Shown here in pieces: positions 11,641 through 22,930 of a stretch of DNA of 64,000 bases (positions are counted from its first letter, which is position 1; each line of letters opens with the position of its first letter). The position numbers were made by a program, and so were the translations under genes. The notes beneath the pieces are model-generated. The model saw nothing but the letters and a program-made list of their open reading frames with translations, ran no database searches and had not been told where the DNA came from. The DNA comes from Malacoraja senta. Taxonomy: Eukaryota. The stretch spans positions 11,286,001-11,350,000 of the forward strand of contig CM075994.1 of NCBI GenBank assembly GCA_038087875.1. Reading direction: 5' to 3'.

Positions 11641-14262
11641 CATAAAATTAGAACAGAGACAGGAGAATTATTAAAAATGCCCAAGGACAAAAATGATAGA
11701 TTTCTCCAATACTATCATAACCTTTATTCAACTAAAACCGAAGGACAATCAGAAGGAATAGCAGATTTTTTACTAAAATGTAATTTAAAATGTTTAGATT
11801 CAAACGATAGAGAATTATTAGAAAGGGAGATTACCATAAAAGATATTGAGGAGTCTATTGGCTCTTTAAAAAATGGTAAAGCAGTAGGACCAGATGGTTT
11901 AGGCTCTGAATTTTATTTAAAAAATTATGATTTGCTTTGGCCACGTTTACAAAGACTGTATGAGTATATCTATACTCAACAGAAACTTCCAGACACTTTA
12001 AATGAATCTATAATAACACTTATTCCTAAAGCTGATAAAGATCCGGAAGACCCGGGATCATATAGAGTAATTGCACTTTTAAATACAGATCAGAAAATAT
12101 TAACTAAAATACTAGCGCGTAGATTAAGTACAGTGATGAATAAATTAATACACCCTGACCAAACAGGCTATATTCTGAAACGGTACTCATATTATAATCC
12201 AAGAAGATTATTTAATATTATATATTCCAAGAGAATTATTAATGAAGATCTAGCAATAATCTCACTTGACGCTGAAAAAGCATTTGATCAGGTCGAATGG
12301 TCTTATTTATTTTCGGTGATGGAAAATATGCAGCTAGGGGAGAAATTCTGTACATGGATAAAACTGTTATATACAAATCCCACGGCTAGAATATTTACAA
12401 ACCAAAGGTTGTCATCTAAATTTAGCCTATCTAGAGGTTGTAGACAAGGATGCCCGTTATCTCCATTATTATTTGCGCTTGCTATTGAGCCACTTGCAGA
12501 AAGAGTCAGGGGGCATCCGGAAATACACGGATATAACACAAAGGACACAGTGAATAAAATTTCTCTATACGCAGATGATGTATTAATTTACATTGCAAAA
12601 CCAGAAATTAGTATTCCAAACTTATTAAAGCTAATAACCCAATTTGGTTCACTTTCAGGATACAGAATAAATTGGAATAAAAGTGCAATTATGCCAATAA
12701 GGGAACATAACAAACAGATAATACAACAATTTCCATTTAAAATAGTAAAGGAAAAATTTAAATATCTAGGTATTTATGTAACTAAGATATATACATCATT
12801 ATTTAAAGCAAATTTTCCACCATTACTGAATAAACTACATAAGAATATTAAATACTGGAAAACACTTCCTATCTCAATGGTTGGCAAAATTAATGCCATA
12901 AAAATGATTTTTTTACCGCAAATATTATACCTTTTTCAGACAATTCCGATATATCTGGCAAAAAACTTTTTTTTTAAACTGGACTCTATTGTTAATGATT
13001 TTATCTGGGATTATAAGAATCATAGGATAAACAAAAGACATTTGTGTAAATCAAAAATAAATGGAGGCTTGGTTTTACCCAACTTTTTGTTTTATTTCTG
13101 GGCAGTTAATATTAAAAATATGAATTTCTGGTTGGAAGAAATAGATCATCAACCAGACTGGTTAAAAATGGAAAAGGAAGATTGTTTACCTTTTGATATC
13201 GGTTCGATATTATTTGCTACGTCTAAATTAAACAAAAAAATTTATAGGGAAAACCCTATAATATTTAGTGCTATACGAATTTGGAAACAATTAAAAAAGA
13301 CATTAAAATTAGATAATTTATCACTTTTTCTTCCAATTGTGAATAACCCTTTGTTTAAGCCATGGTTGGACGGGGGTTTTACACAATGGAAGAATTATGG
13401 AATTAAAAATATGGGACAACTTTACAAGGAAGGCACTTTTCTGACATTTCAGGAGTTGCAACAGACTTATGGACTTCGAGGAAATGATTATTTCAGATAT
13501 CTTCAATTTAGAGATTATGTAAAATCGAATACTCAAAATTTTCGAATTAGAAATTCAGAAATTCTTGATGAATGTTGGAACAAACATCCTAATACAGAAA
13601 AATTAATATCTTATATATATAATATCTTATTAGACAGTGACATTCCATCGACGGACTTACACAGACAAACATGGGAAAAAGAATTAAATCAAATAATAAC
13701 CAAAGATACTTGGGAAGAAAGTTTGCAACACATACATCAATGTTCATTAAACGCTAGACATTCTCTAATACAATTTAAAGTAATACATAGGTTACATTAT
13801 TCAAAAACAAAACTACTTAAAAATGTTCAACATATCTCACCTATATGTGATAAATGTCAACATTTAGAAGCTACCTTATCTCATATGTTTGCAAACTGTA
13901 TAAAAATTAAAACGTTCTGGGTAAATATTTTCAGTATAATATCTAAAGTAACCAGCACACAATTGGACCCAGATCCAAAATTAATAATACTTGGAATATT
14001 AGAATTAAATCAAACATTTAGAACAACACAAAGAAACTTTATTGATTATAGTTTAATAACAGGAAAAAAATTAATTCTAAAATTTTGGAAAGGCCCTACG
14101 ACCCCCACAATCAAAATGTGGATTATAGAAATGACGGAGACCTTAAACGTGGAAAGAATCAGATTCTCCCTGTTGGACAAACAGGAATTATTCGTTGGAA
14201 CATGGTCTCCTTTTATTGATTACTTAAAGGGTCAGAACAGTTCAGCACAGGAACCTGACTAG
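11467..14262 (+). CDS. Chimeric open frame: 58 codons of CR1 RT fused in frame to truncated L1 ORF2 (RT + Cys-rich domain, no endonuclease)
   Basis: GVPQGSLLGPQLF..KFADDTKLGG..RKLQG (CR1), then from 11641 L1 sequence with SLDAEKAFD, RQGCPLSP, LYADD, CDKC; expression not supported. Confidence 0.6.
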   Translation: MADSARGVPQGSLLGPQLFTMYINELDYGIKSNISKFADDTKLGGSVKCEEGVRKLQGHKIRTETGELLKMPKDKNDRFLQYYHNLYSTKTEGQSEGIADFLLKCNLKCLDSNDRELLEREITIKDIEESIGSLKNGKAVGPDGLGSEFYLKNYDLLWPRLQRLYEYIYTQQKLPDTLNESIITLIPKADKDPEDPGSYRVIALLNTDQKILTKILARRLSTVMNKLIHPDQTGYILKRYSYYNPRRLFNIIYSKRIINEDLAIISLDAEKAFDQVEWSYLFSVMENMQLGEKFCTWIKLLYTNPTARIFTNQRLSSKFSLSRGCRQGCPLSPLLFALAIEPLAERVRGHPEIHGYNTKDTVNKISLYADDVLIYIAKPEISIPNLLKLITQFGSLSGYRINWNKSAIMPIREHNKQIIQQFPFKIVKEKFKYLGIYVTKIYTSLFKANFPPLLNKLHKNIKYWKTLPISMVGKINAIKMIFLPQILYLFQTIPIYLAKNFFFKLDSIVNDFIWDYKNHRINKRHLCKSKINGGLVLPNFLFYFWAVNIKNMNFWLEEIDHQPDWLKMEKEDCLPFDIGSILFATSKLNKKIYRENPIIFSAIRIWKQLKKTLKLDNLSLFLPIVNNPLFKPWLDGGFTQWKNYGIKNMGQLYKEGTFLTFQELQQTYGLRGNDYFRYLQFRDYVKSNTQNFRIRNSEILDECWNKHPNTEKLISYIYNILLDSDIPSTDLHRQTWEKELNQIITKDTWEESLQHIHQCSLNARHSLIQFKVIHRLHYSKTKLLKNVQHISPICDKCQHLEATLSHMFANCIKIKTFWVNIFSIISKVTSTQLDPDPKLIILGILELNQTFRTTQRNFIDYSLITGKKLILKFWKGPTTPTIKMWIIEMTETLNVERIRFSLLDKQELFVGTWSPFIDYLKGQNSSAQEPD

Positions 14263-15251
14263 CACCCGGGCTAAAGAATGGATGAAATGCTATATTTAGA
14301 AATGTACGAATATATCTCGAATGAAGTTTTCTATTTTAATAATTTTTTCCATTCTTCTTTAACTATCTTTTTTCTTTTTTCTTTATTTATTTATTTATTT
14401 TTTGTTTTTCTTCTCTTTCTTTTCTTTCTTTACTTCATCTTTCTCTTTAGTTCTATTTAGTTTTTTTTTTTAAAGGCAAAAGGTATTGGAGACAATGTAA
14501 TAATAATTGACAATATTATCAATTTAAAAATGTAAGACTGTAATGATGTAACTAGGTTGTGTACGTATCTCCAATAAAAAAATATTAAAAAAAACAAAAA
14601 AAAAACATTACATCATGGAATCAGGTCTTATATAATTGATTGCTAGATCATCTGAATGTATAGTCAGAGCCACTGGATACCATGGATACCAATATTACTG
14701 AACCTTCATCATGTCCATTTGCACGCTGATCTCAGATACGAGAGTTAGAACAAAGAGAGCTCTGGCGTAGGGGCACCGACAACAAAGAGGAACCATTGGG
14801 GATTGTAATGAATACTTTGCCTGCACCATATAGGTGGTACCTTGTGTATAGTATGCAAAATAAAGAATTTCACTGACACGTCAAAAATAAATTGCAAAGC
14901 TTCAAGAAGACAGTAAGGGATAGGTAGAGTGCTTATGACACTTACTGCAGTATACTTTAGTCCGATTCTGTTCTCTGTTGTCAAAGGACAAATGACAATC
15001 GTAGAACAATAAAATAAGGTGGAATTGAGCTGTGTTGTCTCTTTTGGAGGTGCATGATTTTCAATTGTTGTAAAATTATTCGGAGGAAGGAAAAATGCTT
15101 AAGTGCCTTACACAATAAACAACACATCAAAGAAAAATTCTATATATAAGTAGATGAATCGTTGTTTGTTGAGCAATCTCCAAGATTGCTCCCAGTATTC
15201 ACTGTATTTGACGCTGAAATAAAGTTTTGATTGCCTTGAAAAAAAAGAAGA

Positions 15252-15280
<29 letters not shown>
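11641..15280 (+). mobile_element. 5'-truncated L1 of a second subfamily with apparent 3' transduction
   Basis: L1 ORF2 from HKIRTETGELL to stop at 14262; AATAAA 14573 and A-tail 14587-14605; extra 14606-15238 segment; second AATAAA 15218 and A-rich tail 15239-15280; 15-bp TSD AGGAAGTTGCAGGGT at 11626-11640 and 15281-15295. Confidence 0.93.
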
Positions 15281-15282
<2 letters not shown>

Positions 15283-15295
15283 GAAGTTGCAGGGT

Positions 15296-16135
15296 GACCT
15301 GGACAGGTTGAGTGAGAGGGCAGATGCATGGCAGATGCAGTATAATGTAGATACATGTGAGGTTATCCACTTTGGAGGCAAGAACAAAGAGGCAGATTAT
15401 TATATCAATGGTGTCAGATTAGGAAAAAGGGAAGTGCAACGGGACCTGTGTTTCCTTGTACACCAGTCATTGAAACTAAACTTGCATTTACCGCAGGCTG
15501 CGAAGAAAGCTAATGGCATGTTGGCCGTCATAATGAGAGGATTTGAGTATAGGTCCTTCTGCAGTTTTACAGCGCCGTACTGAAACCACATCTGGAGTAT
15601 TGTGTGCACATTTGGTCTCCTAATTTGAGGAAGGACATCCTTGCTATTGAAGGAGTAGAGCGTAGGTTCACAAGGTTATTCCCGGGGGTGGCGGGACTGT
15701 CATAAGTGGAAAGATTGGAAAGACTGGGCTTGTATTGACTGGAATTTAGAAGGATGAGGGGGTATCTTGTAGAAACATATAAAATTATAAAAGGACTGGA
15801 CGAGCTAGATGCAGGAAAAATGTTCCCAATGTTGGGGAAGTCCAGAACCAGGGGCCACAGTCTAAGAATATAGGTGAGGCCATTTTAAACTGAGATGTGA
15901 AAAAGGTTTTGCATCGAGAAAGTTGAGAAATTCTCTGCCACGGAAGGCAGTGGAGGCCAATTCACTGGATGAATTTAGAATAAGATAGAGCTCGTGGAGC
16001 TGGCGGAATCAAGGGCTATGGGGAGAAGGCACTCATCTGATTGTGGATGATCAGCCATGATCACAATGAATGGCGGTGCTGTATCGAACGTCCGAATGGC
16101 CTCCTCCTGCACCTATTTTCTATGTTGCTATGTCT
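15296..16135 (+). mobile_element. CR1 LINE (host copy 1), 3' segment and 3' UTR
   Basis: Resumes DLDRLSERADAWQMQYNVDTCEVIHFG, PHLEYCV, TRGHSL; ends ggcctcctcctgcacctattttctatgttgctatg. Confidence 0.9.
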
Positions 16136-16427
16136 TTACCATAATCCTGAAAAGTTCACTGACAAATGCAGCCACCTGGAAAACCCAGGCGTTACACCTC
16201 TCCGCAGTCTACCGATAACAAACTGAACATTTAAGAATCAATTCTGGTATGAATATCGGGTGGAAGTTTGATTCGTCTAATCCCGCTGCACAAACTGGAG
16301 GGCTACGCCGGCAGCATTTACTGAGAAGCAACATCATAACATTCGCTTTTGGTCCGTATGATAAAAGCTTGTAAACGCAAACGTACAGTTGTTTGAAATT
16401 CACAAGTTGCTTAAAACATACAGAAGA

Positions 16428-16520
16428 CAGACACAAAATGCTGGAGTAACTCAGCGGGACAGGCAGCATCTCTGGAGAGAAGGAATGGGTGACGTTTCGG
16501 GTGGAGACCCTTCTTCAAAC
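16428..16520 (-). repeat. Penelope-type terminal repeat fragment
   Basis: gacacaaaatgctggagtaactcagcgggacaggcagcatctctggagagaaggaatgggtgacgtttcggg recurs at 30476, 36728, 52978 and 63613, and resembles the end of the GIY-YIG element at ~42950-43060. Confidence 0.65.
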
Positions 16521-16859
16521 ATACTGATCTCCGCGTTTCTGAAAAAGAAGCATTACTTGAGAGAATTTAAGCCCAGGTTTCTCTTTCTGCTTCAATATAT
16601 TGGAAAAGAGGAAATAACACAGATGTCAATCATGTGGCTGGAGTGCAGTGTCTCTGGCATCCACAATCATAACGAGTCTAGAGCCGGTGATCATGGTGCA
16701 CATTAGTCCAGCCTCAGAATCACCCTTGACACATTACATTTTGCCTACCGTTCTCGGACAATTCTTCGGACGGCATCTCTATGGCGCCACGGTACAGTCA
16801 TCTCCAGAACATCTGGAGAAGAAGGCCTCCTATTGTTTGTCTACAGATCCACAATCAGG

Positions 16860-17270
16860 ATCACAATCCTAACCAAACCCATCTCCATATTCCTGTAACT
16901 TGCAGACATCACGCCCTCTGCCACGGACTCCCTGACTCGCACACAAAATCAGAAAGGGTAAGCGACAAATCATCGTCCGCGATCATTTTCAACATCGGCG
17001 CACAGAAAAGCCGCGTCGTCCGCATCTCACTCTCTCCCTGTACACTTACTGCTGTGTGACCAGTTCTTGCTCCAACTACATTTACAGGTTTGTAGATAAA
17101 TACACCGTGGTCAGCCGGATCTTACAAGGAGATTGAGATCTCCGTAGCATGATGTGAATGCAACAGCCTCTTCCCTCGTGTCTGAAAGACGAAAGAGCTA
17201 GGAATTGGACTTAAGAAGAGGTGGAGTGCATGAATCAATCTGCATCAATAGTGCTGAGTTAGAAACTAGG
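16860..17270 (+). mobile_element. Ancient Rex1/Babar-like RT fragment
   Basis: Decayed frame RVSDKSSSAIIFNIGAQ...SLYT..CVTSSCSNYIYRFVD..TVVSRI, homologous to the RT at 39543-39833. Confidence 0.55.
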
Positions 17271-17554
17271 TAGGCAGGCAGATGTGTGAGAAGAGAGCAC
17301 GGGAATGAGAATCACATGAAATTGCAAAAGTCATCATTCGGTCCACTATCTCACAAGGTATCACTTGAAAAACCATAATTCAATCCGATGCAGAAATACT
17401 AAAACAATGACGATTTGTTAACGATGGTACAAAATTAACGATTCACACGTGTGCGAGTGCATTGGATCGCAGTAATTATAAACGGAACATTACAGTATTT
17501 ATAAATTGTAATTATAAATTCAACTGAACATTCAAGGGTAGACGTCTTATCGAA

Positions 17555-19312
17555 GACAGACCGGTGCACAGAGTGGGTGTGGTAGCTCTGTTGGTGAGAA
17601 ATGTAATTCAGTTCCTTGCGAGGGGTGACATAGATTCAGGAGATGTGTCAGTATGGATAGATCTGAGTAATTGTAAGGGTAAAACGACCCTAATGGGAGT
17701 TATCAACAGGCCCCCAAACGGTAGCTGGATATAGGGTGCAAGTTGAATCAAGAGTTAAAATTGGCATGTCATAAAGATAATGCAACGGTTGTTATTTGAG
17801 ATTTCAACATGCAGGTAGACTGGGAAAATCAGGTTGGTACTGGACCCCAAGAAAGGGAGTTTGAGGAGTGCCTCCGTGATGGTTTATTAGAGCAGCTTGT
17901 ATTGGAGCCTACCAGGGAGAAGGCAATCTTCGATTTAGTGTTGTGTAAGGAATCGGGTTTGATAAGTGAACTCGAGGTAATGGAGACATTACGAGGAAGT
18001 GAGCAAAATATGATAAGTTTTGATCTACAATTTGAGAGGGAGAAGGGTAAATCGGAGGTGTCAGTATTATAGTTGAACAAAGGGGACTATGGTGCCATGA
18101 GGGAGGAGCTGGCCAAAGTTGACTGGAAAGATACCCTAGTAGGGATGGGAGTGGACCAAAGATGACAGGTATTTCTGGGAATAATACAGAAGGTGTACAG
18201 AAGGTTCATTCCAAAGAGAAAGTCAGATTCTAAGGGGAGTAAAGGGCGGCCGTGGCTGACAAGTGAAGTCAGGGACAGTATAAAATTAAAAGAGAAGAAT
18301 TATAACATAGCATAGGTGAGCGGGAAGCCAGAGAATTGGGTAACTTTTAAAGAGCAACAGAATATAACTAAAAAGGCAATACGAGAAGAAAATATGAGGT
18401 ACGCGGATAAGCTAGCTACGAATATAAAGGAGGATAGTAAAAACTTCTTTAGGTATGAGAAGAGGAAACAAATAGTTAAGACCAAATTTGGAGAATTGAA
18501 GACTGAAAATGGTGAATTTATTATGGGGAACAAGGAAATGGCAGACGAGGTAAACAGGTACTATGGAACCGTCTTCACTAAGGAGGACACAAACAATCTC
18601 CCTGGTGTAATAGTGGCCATAGGATCTAGGGTGATGGAGGATCTGATGAAATGCACATTAGGCAGGACATGGTATTGGGTAGATAGATGAGACTGAAGAC
18701 TGATAAATCCCCAGGGCGTGATGGTCTGCATCCCAGGGTACTCAAGCAGGTGGCGCTGGAAATCGTGGATACATTGGTAATAATTTTCCAATGTTCTATA
18801 GATTCAGGATCAGTTCACGTGGATTAGAGGGTAGCTAATGTTATCCCACTTTAAAAAAAAAAGCGGGAAAGAAAAAACATGAAATGATAGACCAGTTAGC
18901 CTGACATCGGTGGTGCGGAAGATACTGGAGTCAATTGCAAAAGATCAAATAGCGGCACCCTTGGATAGCAGTAGCAGGATCGGTCCGAGTCAGCATGGAT
19001 TTATGAAGGGGAAATCATAGTTGACTAAATTTATGGAATTTTTTGAGGATGTAACTTGGAAAATGGACAAGAGAAAGCCAGTGGATGTAGTGTACTTGGA
19101 CTTTCATAAAGCATTTGATAAGGTCCCTCATAGGAGATTAGAGGACAACATTAGGGCACATGGTATTGGGGTAAAGAACTGACATGGATAGAAAATTGGT
19201 TGGCAGGCAGGAAACAAAGTGTAGGGATTAACGGGTCCCTTTGAGAATGACAGGCGGTGACTAGTGGGGTACCGCAAGGGTCTGTGCTGGGACCGCAGCT
19301 ATTTACAATAAA
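17555..19312 (+). mobile_element. CR1 LINE (host copy 2), 5' segment, decayed
   Basis: Homologous to 3490-3676 + 9979-11530; ends at GVPQGSVLGPQLFTI where the Helitron interrupts. Confidence 0.9.
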
Positions 19313-19514
19313 CTAGACTAAGTGGGATCCTTTGGGTCCCAGGTACACACGGGGGGCTGGTCCCCAAACGCAATATTCCACCTCTCCACCAATTCCAATA
19401 TTGGTGGCCAATTGGGGGGGTGGTCTTTCTGGAGCGCTAGCATGAGTGTTGTGGGCCGAAGGGACTGGTTTCCAGAGGGCTAGTATGGACATTGTGGACC
19501 GAATTGATTCCTGG

Positions 19515-19685
19515 GCTGTCAGTTCAGTCACTCAGTCACTCAGCTCTGGCAGTTCAGTCACTCAGGCCTGGCAGTTCAGTCACTCAGGCCTGGCGGGCTG
19601 GCAGCTCAGGCCTGGTGGGCTGGCAGCTCATTCACACAGAGCTGGTGGGCTGGCAGCTCAGGGCTGGTGGGCTGGCAGCTCAGAA
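19515..19685. repeat. Degenerate GGCAG(T/C)TCA / GGGCT minisatellite inside the Helitron
   Basis: Repeating ggcagttcagtcactcaggcct and ggtgggctggcagctca units. Confidence 0.8.
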
Positions 19686-20197
19686 ACTGCCAGAAATTCT
19701 GCTCAAATCAGGTGAGAGACTCTGTGAGAGAGTAGAGGGAGAGGGTGGAGAATCAACTTTAGACATTTTTCATCAGATCACAGCAATGAAGGAGGAAAGT
19801 CTGACCTGGAGTGGATCCCACTGTGAGCCAATGATGGGAGGGAGAAACATACTGGGGTGAGGTTTAATACTTACAGGGGGAATACTTACAGATGGGCCGA
19901 AGGAACTTCTTCTGGGCTATTACAGGCATGATGTGCCGAATGTACTCTTTAAATAAATCAGAGTGAAATCTCAGTTAAAGGCACTTTTTCTTGAATTGTC
20001 CAGGCCTGGCACATGCCATTTGGGCCAAAATACTCATCCTGGGCTAATACGGTCATTTTCGGCAAAGGGGACTCGTTTCTGGGCGAATAGGGGCCTTGTG
20101 GACCGAAATGAGTGGTTTTAGGTTGGCCAAAGGTGGGCAGTCATGTGAGCCACTCACTCGCGGCTGGTGGGCTGGCAGTTGACTCACGGCTGGCGGG

Positions 20198-20420
20198 CTC
20201 ACACACACACCCTCCATCACACACACATACCCTCCACCTCACACACACAATCCATCACACGCACACAGACACCCTCCATCACACACACACACACATTCAT
20301 ACATACACACACAGCCACACTCACACACACACAATATCCATCACACACTCACAGGCACACTCAGCCACCCTCCATCTCACACACACTGACTCACACACAT
20401 TCACTCAAACAGACACAAGA
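20198..20420. repeat. Degenerate (CA)n tract inside the Helitron
   Basis: cacacacac runs interspersed with ccctccat; paralogue at ~48820-49040. Confidence 0.85.
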
Positions 20421-20533
20421 TATATACGACAGTAAAATCTCTTGAATCTACTCACGCGGCTGAGCACGACCTCTCCATCGAGCGGGACTTCCGGAATGAG
20501 CGGGACATTTGGATCAACCGGAGGGCAGGGCCA

Positions 20534-22930
20534 ACAAGTCAAGTCAAGTCAAATCAAGTAAAGTCAAGTCAAGTCAAGCACAGTGAGTGCAGTGCCAACA
20601 ATCCATTTCAAGTCAAGTCAAGTCAATCCATTTCAAGTCAAGTCATGTCAATTCATTTCACATCAAGTCCAGTCAAGTCAAGTCAATCCATTTCAAGTCA
20701 AGTAAATCCAAGTCAATCCAAGTCACTCCAAGTCAATCCAAGGCAATCCAAGGCAATCCAAGCCAAGCCAAGTCAAGTCAAGTAAAGCCAAGCACATCGC
20801 AAGCGGGGCCAACAACACAATCCATTTGCCAACAAAGTCAATCCATTTCAAGTCAAGACAATCCATTTCAAGTAAAGTCAAGTCAAGTCAATCCATTTCA
20901 AGTCAAGTCAATCCATTTCAGGTCAAGTCAAGTCAAGTCAAGTCGTCCAGCCATTTCAAATCAAGTCAAGTCAATCCATTTCAAGTCAATCCAAGTCAAT
21001 CCATGACAATCCACGTCAATCAAAGTGAATCCAGTTCACTCCAAGTCACTCCAATTCTCTCCTAGTCACTCCACGTCACTCCAAGTCAATCCAAGTCAAG
21101 TCAATCCAAGTCAATTCAAGTCAAGTCAAGTCAAGTCAATCCAAGTCAATCCAAGTCAATCCAAGGCAATCCGAGTCAATCCAAGTCATCCAAGGCAATT
21201 CAAGTCAAGCCAGGTCAAGTCAGGTAAAGCCAAGCCAAACACAGGGCAGGCGGGGACAACAATAAAATCCATTTGCTTTCATTTCAGGTCAAGCAAAGCA
21301 AAGGCAAAGCAAAAGCAAAAGCAGAGGGCAGGCGGGGCCAGCCAACAATGGAATTCATTTGCTCTCATTTCAGGACAAGCAAATCAAAGGCAAAGCAAAA
21401 GCAAAAGCACAGCGCAGGCGGGGGCAACCAACAATACAATCCATTTGCTATCATTTCAGGTCAAGCAAAGCAAATCGTCAAGTCAAGTTAAGTCAATCGA
21501 TTTAAAGTCAAGTCAAGTCAAGTCAAGTCAGGTCAATCTATTTCAAGTCAAGTCAAGTCAAGTCAAGTCAAGTCAAGTAAATCGATTTCAAGTCATGTCA
21601 AGTCAAGTCAGGTCAATCCATTTCAAGTCAAGTCAAGTCAAGTCAATCCAAGTCAATCCAAGTCAATCCAATTCAAGCCAAGCCAAGTCAAGTAAAGCTA
21701 AGCCAAGCACGGGGCAGGCGGGGCCAACAATACAGTCCATTTGCTTTCATTTAAGGTCAAGCAAAGCAAAGGAAAAAGCACAGGGCAGGCGGGGCCAGTC
21801 AACAATACAATCATTTTGCTTTCATTTACGGTCAAGCAAAGCAAAGGCAAAGCAAACCAAAAGCACAGGGCAGACGGGGCCAGCCAACAATGCAATCAAT
21901 TTGCTTTCATTTCAGGCCAAGCAAAGCAAAGGCAAAAGAGATTAGAGATTAGAGAGATTAGAGATTCCTTTATTTGTCATTCAGACCTTTCGGTCTGAAC
22001 GAAATTTCGTTGCCTGCAGTCATACATATAATAATAAATGACAAAACACACAATAAACACAAATTAACATCCACCACAGTGAGTTCACCAGACACCTCCT
22101 CACTGTGATGGAGGCAAAAGTCTTAAAGTCTCTGTCTCTTCCCGCTTTCTTCTCCCTCTGCGCTGAGGCGATCCAGGCTTCTGATGCTGTGACCCCGCCG
22201 GGCGACGGTAAGCCAGTCCAGCGGCCGAATCCGTGCTCCGCGACGGGCCGGCTCAAACTCCGCGGCCCGGGGTGGTCGAAGCTGCCGAAGCTGCCGCCCT
22301 CCAGTCCAGCGGACGCAGCTGTAGTTGCGGGAGCCCCAGAAAAACAGGTCACCAACCTGTGACCTGCGCGCTCCCGACGATGTCGTCCACTGGGCCCGCG
22401 GCCGAGCCTCCGGATTCAGGTCGCCACCAGTGTCCTCGGTCGCCACCGCCGGAACGCCACCGCAGCCCCGAAGTTGGCCAGCCTCGCGGTGGTAAGTCCT
22501 GGCTCTGCCTCCGGAGCCTCGAGGTCGGTCGGTCGCAGTTGGAGTTGGAGGCCGGCAGCTCCGCCATTTTGGCCTCGGCGCAGACGGAGGCAGAGAAGGG
22601 GAACACGACAAGAAAAAGTCGCATTCCCCCGAAGGAAGAGACAAAAGTCATGTTTCACCCCCCCACCCCACACATACACAACCCAATAAACTAAAATTTA
22701 ACTGAAACAGGACAAAAGAAAACAACAAAAAAAGTAAAAACAGACGGACTGCAGGCGAGCCGCTGCTGTACGACAGCGCCGCCACTTCCGGAATTCCGAA
22801 AAAGCTCAGGGAAGGCGGGGCCAGTCAACAATACAATCCATTTGCTTTCATTTCAGGCCAAGCAAAGCAAAAGCAAAAGCACAGGGCAGGTCAAACAAGT
22901 CATTGCATTTTCATTTCATTTCCATTTCCA
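20534..22930. repeat. Compound (CAAGT)n / (CAAAG)n satellite with a longer ~60-75 bp unit, interrupted at 21938-22795
   Basis: Pentamer runs punctuated by aatccatttc, plus recurring aagcacagggcaggcggggccaacaatacaatccatttgctttcatttcagg. Confidence 0.9.
21938..22795 (-). mobile_element. ~860 bp non-coding retroposon (short Rex1-like derivative or SINE), present only in copy 1
   Basis: Absent from the paralogous array at 49150-50050; CpG-rich body; minus-strand 3' end gaaatttcgtt..hairpin..aatgacaaataaagg followed by a (tctctaa)n tail. Confidence 0.65.

Noticed and set aside
20112..20445. His/Thr-rich ORFs (also 48734-49081)
   Set aside because: Translation of degenerate CA repeats
20587..21998. 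Long S/Q/V/K-rich ORFs (up to 306 aa) and equivalents at 49200-50327
   Set aside because: Translations of the CAAGT satellite; open in several frames, and lengths differ between the duplicate copies
22020..22694. Multiple overlapping ORFs in the GC-rich insert
   Set aside because: Expected from GC content; no domain motifs; lies in a copy-specific retroposon
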